Source of the DNA: Antedon mediterranea
Lineage: Eukaryota; Animalia; Echinodermata
Reading direction: 5' to 3'
Assembly: GCF_964355755.1 (NCBI RefSeq)
Contig: NC_092674.1
Coordinates: 27,280,001-27,344,000 of the forward strand
DNA length: 64,000 bases
Shown here: piece after piece, positions 50,770 to 62,170 of the stretch
Position numbering within the stretch: the stretch's first letter is position 1
Layout of the letters: each line of letters starts with the position of its first letter
Program-made: the position numbers and the translations under genes
The notes under the pieces: model-generated
Seen by the model: only the letters and a program-made list of their open reading frames with translations
What the model was told of the DNA's origin: nothing
Database searches by the model: none

Positions 50770-52149
50770 GGTACTTAATACGTATAATTAACATACTAAT
50801 TAAAGTACACAAAATGGTAAGTTGAATTAATGTATACATTTTTCAGCATTTTTAATTCAAGCAAACATCATGAACACCACAAATAATTAATGTAATAACT
50901 TCATGCATCATCATGACCCTAATAATGCCAATCTTTGCTTTACCAAAAAATATGGGGAAAAAAGAGAAAAACATTTCACTAAAAATAACTATTTAGTATC
51001 ATGCCCTATCATCGTGGTGGTCATGAATGAAGGAAAGGGTAAATTTAACACTTAATAATAACAGCTCTGCGAATATATAAAAAATATAGCCTATTTTGTG
51101 TAAGTTGTGTTTGTTTATCAATTTTAGAAAATAATAAGTAAGCATCGACCAACAATACACCGGTCAACAATATGTGTTAGTTAGTTACTAAATCAGTAAT
51201 TCTCTGCTGCTGACCGAGTGAAATAATCTGTCTGTCCCAACTAAAAATAAAAATGAATTCCGTCTAGCCTAGACAGCCTGGCTTGTATTGAACTTTATTT
51301 CATATATGGCATAAAATAATAACTTCTACATTAGCACGCAGATAACTATACTTACATCAACAATTGAAACCACTTCTCAGGCCTAAATTCTTCCTATCTC
51401 TGGTATTTTTCTTTTGAATGACTCCAAACACATAAAATCGTGTGTCTTCAGTCAGCGCTTAGCTTTTGTTGTTTTCAGAGTTGCAACAGCGCCCTCTAAA
51501 TCGTCACACGAATAATGTTGCAATTTAACCAATCAAAGATGTCAAATCAGGGAGGTGTTTTTAAATTAGGTCTACATTAAAACTTTATACTAAAGCATTG
51601 GCTAATTATCTGTAGTACATCGGCCGTTGATCCTTTTTTACAAAGATTGTCTTTAAATTGTTAAAAATTATTTGTGGATCAGGTGCCGTTTTCGGCCACC
51701 TCGACTTATATGGACTATATTATGTTAGGGGTGTGTTTTATGTAGAGAAGGGTGTCTATTAATGGGAAGACAATACAATTGTTCTGTTATGTAACCTACA
51801 GTACAAACTACAAGGAACAATACAGAACATCAAAAACTAGCATGTTAAAAAGGCATGTTATTATTAGGTAGGCCTACTGTGTTAGGGAATGCCAAGATTT
51901 GGTAACAATATTACTATATTAACTAAAGATATTTTATATAAAACAAATTTTATTGACAAATTTAATGAAGAACCATCTACTAACTGGATAAAGCCATTTA
52001 GGAAAAATAATAAACAAGTTGATCATAACGACTGGTTTTCAAAGGCCCAAAGCAAAACAAAATTCCATGCAAAACAACGTTAACGGAAAATACTATGTAT
52101 AAAGGAACCAAACCTTGAACAATATTTGTTAGATAAAACTAATTTTAAG

Positions 52150-52845
52150 GCCGACAAGTTGAGCCGCCGCCAGAAAAACGTTATTTTCTATGAAACGCCA
52201 AATGCTAACTTTCGCCGGTGCTCGTTTTTTATTTAATAGAAGTTCTATTTTCATTAGGGATAACGAAGTTTATATATCACACTTTTTAGTATAGTATTAA
52301 ATATTACACTTTAAAGAACTATAATATGAAAATCTGACTTGTACTTGTAGATTCCAAAATAAAAGACCTAAAACATCACCGAAAATGATCGTTTTTAGCC
52401 AAAAATGACGTAAACATGTTGCCCCCTCAGGTTAAATAATTACATAAAATCACCGTTTTTTAGGAAAATATTTTGTGTATTAAAATTGTAAAATTCAATA
52501 AAATATGATATTAAAAGATAGTAAATAAAAGATATTAATTATTTAACATCATTTTAAGAATATCAATACTCTATTAGTCTTTTGGGTAGGCCTACATGTC
52601 CACGCGAGACAAATATAGAGTGCACGGCATTTTTACCTTGAAAGATTACTTTCCTTTGCTGTGTTGTTTATGGTGGTTCAAACCAACATTGTAGTATGTA
52701 ATTATATTATTTATTTTCATGACACAATACACATAAAGACCATGAACTTGTACTACAGTAGGACACCGCTCTAATCACTACGCGAAATGTCGTAAAAGAC
52801 GCGCTGGGCGTTTCATAGAAATTACCGGCGGCTCAACTTGTCGGC
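52150..52845. mobile_element. Nested ~700-bp MITE
   Basis: Perfect 20-bp TIR GCCGACAAGTTGAGCCGCCG / CGGCGGCTCAACTTGTCGGC plus an internal TTTCTATGAAACGCC inverted pair. No clear TSD. Confidence 0.75.
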
Positions 52846-52999
52846 GGCCCAACCGGTCATATGCCTTTTTAAGAGTATCAATTTAATTTAAAGCAAGGTC
52901 AAACTCTCTAGATCTTGAGGGTCGTAGAAAATCCTGGTCAAATCATAACACAGGATTATGTAAGATGTGTAGTACAAACGAAAAAGAACATAAATAAAA

Positions 53000-53465
53000 C
53001 GAAAGAAATAAGGATTGATTTTCGAAAACATAATTGGTCTGACCTGACAGTATACATTAATTAAAGTAAAGGAAGTAGAGATTGTTAACAATTATTGATA
53101 AGCTGGCAGTAGTGTTTGACTAAAGCTAAATGGGTGGACATGTTGATCGTAGTTAAGAAGTTAAAATACAAGGCTGTACTGCTTGAGGAAACTCGGTTCT
53201 TTGGGGTAAAGCAGGATATTTGTATTATAGAATGTTTATGTTTTACTAATCAGTGATGTTCTATTTGGGCATATTGTATATTGGGCTAGGAATATCAGTA
53301 AGGGAATGTAAGGGGGATAAAGACCGAATTGAGAAGGTGCTGGGTAGAGCGTGGAAAGTAATTGGTTTGTCTAGTATGCAAATGCTTTACTCGTTCTACA
53401 GCGAACAGCTTGCCGATGTATTCCATGCTATATTGGAAGACACCAATCAACCTCTTCTGGCGACA
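53000..53465 (+). mobile_element. Degraded Rex/Babar-type LINE ORF2 fragment
   Basis: Frameshifted remnants: IDFRK..INGKEVEIV-like, YCLRKLGS, DKDRIEKVLGRAWKVIG, ILEDTNQPL. Same class as 14120-14810. Confidence 0.55.
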
Positions 53466-54325
53466 TTATCAGCTCCGTTTTACATTCGCTATTATAACGT
53501 TTTGATGCAAACGTTGTTCAATTAAAACATGTATTTCTACACAGAAACGTTTAAAAACGTGTTTAAAACATTTTAGAAAGACCAAACCTAAAAACATGCA
53601 ATGTCAAACGCTGTGTTTTTAATTCTGGGAACAAAATGGTACAGATTGACAAAATTATAATGTTTATTTGTTTTACTGATTACCTAATAATCAGTATGTG
53701 ATAAATGTACTACTGTCATCTTTATTAAATGTACTACTGTGTTATCGTTAGGTAAATTATATTTGTTATTTGTAACTGGAATAAAAACTTTCTTTATATA
53801 CTTTCTGTATCTATAAATCTGTAAAAATTATATAGAAATAAAGAGCCATAATATACTGCATTAACTTGAAAACTGAAATTAATTCTACAGCATGCAGGGC
53901 GTAGTTGTTTTCCCTTTGTTGCTGAAACAACAAGAAAAACAAAAGAACAAAAGGAGCAGTATTTTAACACATTAACACACTCAATTAATAAATGGGACAC
54001 CCCTATTTCCCCATCTTTTTATAATGGTATAGTCCATACAAGTCGAGGTGGCCGAAAACGGCACCTGATCCTTATTTGTATCTTTTGATGTTTATCTATA
54101 ATAACAACACCAGACATTTTCAATGATATTATTTAAAACATTTATTAAATAATCTTATCTTTCTTCTAGACATTATAGTTTTTCTTTTTCCCCAGGCCAT
54201 TGTTAAAAATCACATTGTTATTATCAAACTGTTTCCAATAACAATATTCTATTAATTATGAGTCATTTCACGCTCACGCGTTACCAGGAGACATATTGAA
54301 ATAGCCAATCCTTAATATCTTCCCT

Positions 54326-55699
54326 TTAGTCGTTATTTCCTTCAGATTCTGTCGCATCTTTTGGCGTTCCATAGCTCACCTCATCGGAATCCGAGTTCGA
54401 CTTTGATGTATCTTCAATTAGTCGCGTCTTTTCTGATGAACTTGAAAGACTTCGAAAAATGAGTATTAAAGGGGAAAATACTACTACTGTAGATGCAGTG
54501 ATAATGCACATGTTTGGAAATCCAATCGATTTGTTTATAGGTAGAGCGAATATAGGTCCAAATGCAAACGGTACTAATGTACTTAATTTGAACACCGAGA
54601 ATATCCGACCGGGTGACGAAGAAAACCGAGTTCTGCCGATTGAAGCGAGTATCGCGACTAGGCAGAACTTGGATGCTGTAAGTGAAAACGCCATGAGCAT
54701 AATGCCAACTACTACGTATTGATAGCCTCCATCGGCAGACAAGAACACGTTTCCAAATGCTCCAATCAAAAACCCAGCAATTGTTACTAAGTACGCGTAT
54801 CGCGATGCAGACGTTGTTGTAAACATGCATATCACCATACTCAATTGATACGTCACAAAAGATGGAACGAATGCTACGCCTACACGCCATATCGGCCATC
54901 CGTACTCCTCTGAGATCCAGAGTGCTATTCCTGGTGCTAAACACGCTTCAGGTAATTGTGACAAGCCAATTCCAAGCGCTGCTAAAACTACATACGGGTC
55001 TAGTAAGATCTCTCCACATGAAATACTTTCATCCGCATGACGGTACCACGTCATTGCCGACTCGGAAACATTCGTTTGTACTCGGGTCACAGCCACGAGA
55101 ACGATAATACAAAGAAAGCATACTACAGCTAACGGTATAAATACATAAATCATATTGTAAAAATAATAGAGTACTCCTGAGTATGTTGGTCCAAGGCACG
55201 AAAACCCATAAAGACAGTAGGTTATACCGAACAGCGTATCACGCATTTTAGGAGAGTTTGTACTCTCTGCAATATAACGCATTCCCACTGTTCCTATAAA
55301 CGCCGAACTCGCACCAAGAAACACACGTGCGATGATATAAACAAGTTGACTAGTACTGAATGCAAAACATAACGACGCACATATTTGTCCCAATAAGCCT
55401 AAAATCAAAGGTAGATCAAAGCCAAACGACTCGCACACAAATCCAGCAAACGGCAGTGTTAATATATGCATTGCTTCGGATCCAGCAAATATAAAACTTA
55501 GTCCGTACACTTGGATCTCTGGTACTGATCCTATAACCTCCGGACATGTGGTATTCGGACAGTCGGTAAATGTTACCATATATGGGGTTATTGTTTTGAT
55601 AGTTGTAGATGACAGTGCGTCGACTATCATTGCTATAAAAATAGAAATAAGTCGTGTGTAGACTCTCGCCCTTCCTTCAACTAAAACTATTCGGTCCAT
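54326..55699 (-). CDS. Intronless MFS transporter, divergent SLC18A (VAChT/VMAT-like)
   Basis: 457-aa ORF with about 12 hydrophobic segments. SLC18A-like motifs FIAMIVD, GFDLPLILGL, FAFS...IARVFLG, LLDPYVVLAA, LAPGIALWI, WRVGVAFVP, FAFGP. Confidence 0.8.
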   Translation of the reverse strand: MDRIVLVEGRARVYTRLISIFIAMIVDALSSTTIKTITPYMVTFTDCPNTTCPEVIGSVPEIQVYGLSFIFAGSEAMHILTLPFAGFVCESFGFDLPLILGLLGQICASLCFAFSTSQLVYIIARVFLGASSAFIGTVGMRYIAESTNSPKMRDTLFGITYCLYGFSCLGPTYSGVLYYFYNMIYVFIPLAVVCFLCIIVLVAVTRVQTNVSESAMTWYRHADESISCGEILLDPYVVLAALGIGLSQLPEACLAPGIALWISEEYGWPIWRVGVAFVPSFVTYQLSMVICMFTTTSASRYAYLVTIAGFLIGAFGNVFLSADGGYQYVVVGIMLMAFSLTASKFCLVAILASIGRTRFSSSPGRIFSVFKLSTLVPFAFGPIFALPINKSIGFPNMCIITASTVVVFSPLILIFRSLSSSSEKTRLIEDTSKSNSDSDEVSYGTPKDATESEGNND

Positions 55700-55708
55700 C
55701 TTTGTGTG

Positions 55709-55723
55709 CCGGAAGTGACGTCA
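55709..55723. promoter_or_regulatory. Overlapping ETS/CRE composite motif
   Basis: CCGGAAGTGACGTCA lies about 10 bp upstream of the SLC18-like ATG. Confidence 0.4.
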
Positions 55724-57844
55724 ACTCAACATGAAATTTCTTTTCATTAAAAACAACCCGATTCACGTCCTGCAAAATTAAGTTTTTAACACGTTGATTT
55801 ACAATAATAAAGCATTGTTTGGAAACAATCATTTCTTGAGTTAGTTTCTTAAGATTGTATTATTAATTATTGATGGGCAAGCAGGACTACGGTTTGGCAA
55901 CTGATGTGGTGGGTACTGCTGATATGTACTGCAGTGGTGGACTGCCAAATCCTGAAGAAGAAGATTAATTCATTTTCCTAGTATGTGTGTGTGTTGAATT
56001 ACAAGCATGTTATTTGTGGTGGTGTTGTACGTACTGATGCTGCTGATTGTAAGAGTCTAGTAAAACTCAGATATGAGTATAAACTCAGATCTCGGATGAC
56101 GCCTCGATCATAAACGTATTGATGTCATTTATGAGGAGGGAGATCTTTTAAATTTTCACAGTTCTTTCATTGGATGTTTCTATATAATTAACACAATAGT
56201 CATCATTAAAAGAAATTGGTATATTAGAATCAAATAAAAACACCATTAAATCATAATCTAAAGTACGTCACATTTAGCATCCTTTACAGTTGGGTAAAAG
56301 GTTTTACTAAAGAAAAATGCGTGATTGAAGCCTATTTACTAGACATATTATGTAAAATAGAACAATGTATAAAAGAACCTTAACCTCTGTGTTCTGAGTA
56401 TTTTTAACAAAAAAAAGGGCTTGTCCCTATTGCAGCTTTAAGTTTGAACTTCTGAACGTAGTGTAGTAGGCCTCAAAGTCAGCATGTTTTAGGTCTAATT
56501 CTAACAACTTTAATATTATACGAATTATACTTACTGTTACACCCTGGTATACAACAAGACATTGCAATGAAGTATTTCGTTTTAAAAACTCTAGACCAGA
56601 TCACGTATAATATATTCGACGAAGAATCTATCTCCAACCGGGCAGTTGTTTGACACCGATCATCTCTGCTCTCTCAGGCATGACATAGTCAAAAGGTGCT
56701 TTACGATAATTTCTTTAGAATTAATACTGTAATTGTTTGTTCAAGAATAACTTGGCTATGACTCCCACTCGTAAGTTAATGGAACCTGCAGGCATTTGTT
56801 ATGTTAATCTCACAAATTTAAAAGATTAGATTGGTAGGCCTCCTAAGGAAGCGGCAATAAAATCGCTAAAATACCTTCTAAAATCAGAGATTTTTTTATT
56901 TGACAAAAAATTGCAAAAGTTGCATGCTACACACAATTTTCACACAGACGAGCGGTAACATTTTAGTAAAAATTAGAATCTATGTTTTTCCTTATATAAC
57001 CATTTACACACAGCGCGGTTCCGCTCACGATACAGATTCTACGTAGGAAAATCACGATTTTCTGCGTATTTAGAACAATGTCTAGTCCAGTAACAGTACA
57101 ATTTTGTTTCTATTGCGGATCATTTTGAATGAAAAAATAGTGTTGTAATTCTAATGTTGTTGGTAGACCTATTTCCAGTTAAATTTAATATTTAAAAAAA
57201 AATTAATTGACTTTTCGTTATCTTTTCACTTGATTATAATTTGACATTCCTTTCTGAAATCACAATAGAGAAAAATTTATTCAGAGGGTGGTAATTATTT
57301 TCGGCTTTTATTACGTTAAGTTCAACTCACCGGACCGTAAAATAATGCGTGGGCATAGCTTATCAAATTTATATAATAATATATAAAGTGAACCCAAATA
57401 TAGCCAAGTGCCTTGAATAGAAGAAAGAACAAGAAATTCGTGTGGTTACTGTCTTTTCAATCATTCATGGAGGCAAATATAAAATTAGTTACTTTACACG
57501 CATGATTGAAGTAGTAGGCCTATAATCCTAACAAGCTTCACATGAGGTCTACGTTTCAATATTCATAAGTAAAAGTCTCTTTATAAATGTTTTGGGATCA
57601 GGAGCTAGGCTATATTATTTATAGAGTTAAATTTTCTTTCTTTACCTCCCAAAATGCTTATGCGGAAAATCCCGCAAAAAAGTTCTGGAAAATTCCGAAT
57701 AACTTCTTGAATATAGAGGGCGGGCTGATGATAATTTATTTCGAGCGATAGGCCTAAAAACTTAAAAAGTCACATCGAGATCGTATCCAAGTGAGGATTT
57801 AGGGGGTAAGCTTCGTAAGCCAGTTACCAACGGTTTATGCCGTA

Positions 57845-60800
57845 ATGGCAGAATTTTACAGGTATATAACTAATTAGCCTTACTGTTTTATTATTATTAT
57901 ATTTAAAAAAATGTATTTTCTGTAGGTTTTAGACTTTGTAAAATGTACATGAACAAGTCGCAAACGTAACGACAAGTTGTTCTTTCTTTGAATTGATTAC
58001 ATAGCTCGCCTGCTCTGAGAGGTTTTAGCCAATGATTTTATCGGTTCGTGTAGAAAGGAAGTGATCTTTCCTGGGAAGGCTAGGCCTAAAATGGTAGTAG
58101 ACTGGGAAAACCTAAGCTTATTTATAGAACCTTGTTTTATTAATAGATTTAATATGCAAACAAAATGCTAACAGATAATAATGATGAATAATTTCAGGCC
58201 TAATGAACTAAAATAAATACAATTACAAGTAACAAATCATATTGAATTATATTTAAAAAGAAAGATTATTTATTAACTATTGGCTTAGTGTAAGCTTATA
58301 CAGTAAAAGGCTACATAGATAGACCTAGTAGGCGTAATCAAATTAAATATGGGTTGTCATTTTTTCTAATGTTTAATTTAATTAAAATATTGTTTTTCTT
58401 GTTTAGTAAAGCGAATGAATGCTACGTGGATGAGCAGTTTGATGATGCACTTAAGGTTAGTAAATAGTTTATAACTTATTTAAAAAAAAATGAATTCCAG
58501 GATAATGACATTCAGTTCAGAGGTGTGCCCAATTTTTGCAAAACAACAACAGTAGTATATAGAGACTAACATTAAACAGTGTTACAAACGTGTTATAGAA
58601 ATCTGATGGTGGTTGTGGAATTAACGAAAGTAGGTGTACAATATTATAATAAATGATTTTATCTCTTTTCAGTACTACAATCAAGCCATTGAGGCCGATG
58701 CTGATAATGCCGAGTTCTACCTCAGACGTTCTCAAACCTACATGAAACTGGAAGACCATCAAGGTACAGTGTTAAGAATGAAACATAGGCCTAGTTACTG
58801 ATATATAATTATACATTTTTAGTTGTTGTACTAATTTCAATAGACATGCAATACTAAAAATAAGCTGTCACTTAATAGGGTTTATGGTTTTTTTTTTTAT
58901 AGCTGCTGAAAGTGATGCTAGGAAGTACATAGAACTAAAGCCAGACAGCCACAAAGGACACCTCAGACTAGGGTAAGTGTAGCGTATCAGAATTTATTCA
59001 TGCCTTCTACTAATTAATTCAAGAGATATGTATACTGTAACAAATATTTTTTATAATATTTAGAGAAGCGCTGTTTAAACAGAACAATTATGTAGAGGCT
59101 TTGAAAGAGTTCCAAGAGGCAGAGACGTTGGAACCAAATGATAACCAGGTTAAAATATGGCTGAAGAAGACAAATCCTCTGGTACCGCCACCACCTGCTC
59201 CCCAAGGTGAGATGGGCTGCATCGCTAATTTGAGCTGCATTATTTTGATGTACCCTAATAACTAGTCCTTCTTAGCTTTAATTCCTCAAAAAAACAGGGT
59301 AAAAAGTATCTTTGATATTAAATAAATATTAATAGTGTTTTAACTGTTTGCATTAATTAAACAGTGCCAACTTAAATTGAGGCATCATCTCATCTAACTT
59401 TAGTATGATTTAAGAAAAAAACCTAAAATAACTAAATATTTTCACCACCCCTCCCCCACCCACCTACTATAACTGCCTTACTTTATTTATATTGTTTTCT
59501 CTTTACAGAACCAAGTGATAATTTTGATGATGATAAGGTAATTTGGACAGGGATGTATGTTATTTTGGGTAAAATATGTTAACATACAGTATCTTTTTAT
59601 AGTCCTAACTTTTAATAACTGATAACTTTCATAATTGATAATTTTAATAATAAATAACTTAAATTTGAATAGGACACCACTAAAGAGGACGAGGAACCAG
59701 AGGAACCAATGCCAGTTACTGCTGAACCAAAAGAGATACCAATGCCACCAATAGAAAAACAAAGGTAATTATTCATATTTCAAATGTCACATTTGGTCTC
59801 ATTTCTGCATTTGCAAAGAGAAAAAAAATCACAAAATTGTTGTGAATATTAATCGACAACTCACCACAATTTTGCAGATACGATTGGTATCAAACTGAAA
59901 CACATGTTGTCATCAATGTGCTGATAAAGAACACAAAGAAAGATGATGTAGATGTCACATATACAGACCAAACAGTAAGTTACACAAATGAAGGTACAAA
60001 CACACACTTAAGGTTTGAATCAATGGCGTAACATAGGGGGGAAAAGGCCCTGGTTAAGCACACCCAAGAGGCTGCTCATGTTCTAGGGCCTCTTAAGCTC
60101 TTGTGATCCTGGGGTTAGCCAGTGAGCGCTCATAGCCGTTAAGCCACTGGTTTGAATGAACTTTGGGATGTTGTGAATATGTCGATTTCTTAAAGAGTCA
60201 GTAAGCTTGGTTCAGGAATAACTTGAAAAAAACAACGAAACATACAAACATGCAATATACAGTAAAAACCCATATTAAAAAGGAGACCTTCTGGTCTGGT
60301 CTGTATAGGAAAGCATGGTGTCTCAAAGTAAGGGTTCTACTGTACGGGTCATGACAAGTAAAGCCCTGTCCACACTATCAAACTTTATGTGACAAAAAAA
60401 AATGTGATGTGCCTATATATGGACATGATGATATCATATCACTACCATATTTGGGCACATCACACTTTTTTTGTCAAACAAGTTTGATAGTATAGACAGA
60501 GCTTAAATGTAAGCTACCTGTATTAACATTTTCTTTGCTTTTTTCATCAGGTTAGTGCAACAGTGAAGCAGGCATCTGGTACTGACTACAGCCTTGAGCT
60601 TGATCTTGCTCATGAGATTGTCCCTTCAAAGTGTGTTACCAAAGTATTAGGTAGCAAGGTGAGTGGGGTGTACAGTCTTTGTTAGGCGTCTCTCAAGTGT
60701 AAATACTTCACAAGCAATGTCTACACTATCAAACTTTATGTGACAAACAGTGTGATATACTACCATATTGAAGCACTTAACACTTTTTTGTCAAACTAGT

Positions 60801-62170
60801 TTGGTAGTCTAGACTAGGCTTTAAGCCGGTTTTCCACTAGGCGAATTTGTTCGCGCGAATCGAAAGCGTCATGCTATGCGCATGCGTATTCAAGTTTCTG
60901 TCTGTCATACTCCCTTCTTCGACGAATTCTAGTTCCTTTGATTTTTCGCTTCAGCAAAATTTACTAGTTCGAATTGTTTCTACTTTTTGCGAAGCGAAAT
61001 ATTGCGCAACCAATCGGAGCTCAGGAAATGAACTATGACGCTTTCATGAGCACTCATGCGAATCGAAATGCTCAGCAACCACGCGAGGAACATGAACGTC
61101 GCAGCTATTCGCTCATGTAGTGGAAAACGAGTAGGCGATTTTTTTTATCTTCGAAACGTTGGATTCGCGCGAACAAATTCGCCTAGTGGAAAATCGGCTT
61201 TAGGCCGGCCCTGGACCGGACGCAGACCTGGTAGGTTCATAAGCAGCTTTTTCTTTTGGGCGACCTCATGCAATGACACAACCTAAATGTGTTGGTCAGG
61301 GATCTGTTTTAAAATAGTCGATTTTTTAGGAATGCTTTCATTATAAAACTTAAAATTATCGTTTTATCAGATTGAGTTGAAAATGAGAAAAGAAGAGGGA
61401 ATACGGTGGAGCACCTTACAGGGTGAAGTCAAACCTCAGAAAGAAAAAGATATTGTTAAATATTATCCTAGTTCAAATAAACAGACTAAGAATTGGGATA
61501 GATTGGTGAAAGATTTTGAAAAAGATGATGAACCACAAGGAGAAGCAGCAGTCAATAGCTTATTTCAGAAGATTTATGCTGATGGAAGTGATGAAGTCCG
61601 ACGCGCCATGAACAAGTCATATGTATGTATTTATTTTTACTCTGTATTCACTTGCACTGATGAAGGGCTATTGTTGCCATGAAAGCTCTGCTAACTTTTC
61701 TGGCTGTTTTACTTATCGTTTTGATTTAGCTTTTCGCTTTTTTTTTTGTATTTCCATTAAGATCCAGCCATTGATACCCACAGCATTGTCATTTTGCCTT
61801 TGGATTTATATTATATCACCGGGCGGTTTCGAATTAATGTTCATTGCCTAATGTGTTTATATATATATATATATATATGACTATACTCTGTTATGGCACT
61901 ATATAAATATGCTGTAGTCCTTATTACTGTCAATGTTATAGCATTCAAAACTGCTCCTTTAGCCCTTATACAATAACATCATTATACAAAAACCACATGT
62001 CATGTCTAAGTTAATTTCTTTGTAATTATATATATTTATTCACCATCGTTATTTTAAAACCTTTTCAGTCTGAATCTGGTGGAACAGTACTTAGTACAAA
62101 CTGGTCGGACATTGGGAAAAAAAAGACAGAGATGAAGTCACCAGATGGGATGGAGTACAAGAAATGGTAG
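57845..62170 (+). CDS. SUGT1: Protein SGT1 homolog (TPR-CS-SGS co-chaperone), 10 exons
   Basis: Exons about 57845-57861, 58407-58455, 58673-58763, 58903-58972, 59064-59207, 59673-59764, 59878-59974, 60551-60658, 61371-61622 and 62069-62170. [25 protein letters not shown]; [25 protein letters not shown]; [47 protein letters not shown]. Confidence 0.96.
60021..60149. mobile_element. hAT-like MITE
   Basis: GTTTGAAT|CAATGGCGTAA ... TTAAGCCACTG|GTTTGAAT (8-bp TSD, CA..TG ends). Confidence 0.8.
60824..61199. mobile_element. PIF/Harbinger-like MITE
   Basis: TTA|AGCCGGTTTTCCACTAGGCGAATTTGTTCGCGCGAATC ... GATTCGCGCGAACAAATTCGCCTAGTGGAAAATCGGCT|TTA; abuts a copy of the 150-bp MITE. Confidence 0.88.
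61650..61815 (+). mobile_element. Penelope-like terminal repeat fragment carrying a minimal hammerhead ribozyme motif (copy 2)
   Basis: TTGCA-CTGATGA (61657-61663)-AGGGCTATTGTTGCCAT-GAAAGCTC (61681-61688)-TGCTAA. The downstream sequence is homologous to 15900-16147. Confidence 0.65.

Larger units (their letters stand above)
51676..54071. mobile_element. 2.4-kb non-autonomous DNA transposon with ~45-bp TIRs and an 8-bp TSD, carrying nested cargo
   Basis: TTATTTGT|GGATCAGGTGCCGTTTTCGGCCACCTCGACTTATATGGACTATA ... TATAGTCCATACAAGTCGAGGTGGCCGAAAACGGCACCTGATCC|TTATTTGT. Confidence 0.88.

Noticed and set aside
54414-55107. Overlapping ORFs within the SLC18-like gene, and similar antisense ORFs over CYP, MTIF3, XPNPEP3 and PPAT exons
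   Set aside because: Shadow frames of real coding sequence with no independent motifs.
56411-56440. AAAAAGGGCTT resembling the U11 snRNA 5' end
   Set aside because: The similarity stops after about 11 nt and no U11 structure or Sm site was recognisable.
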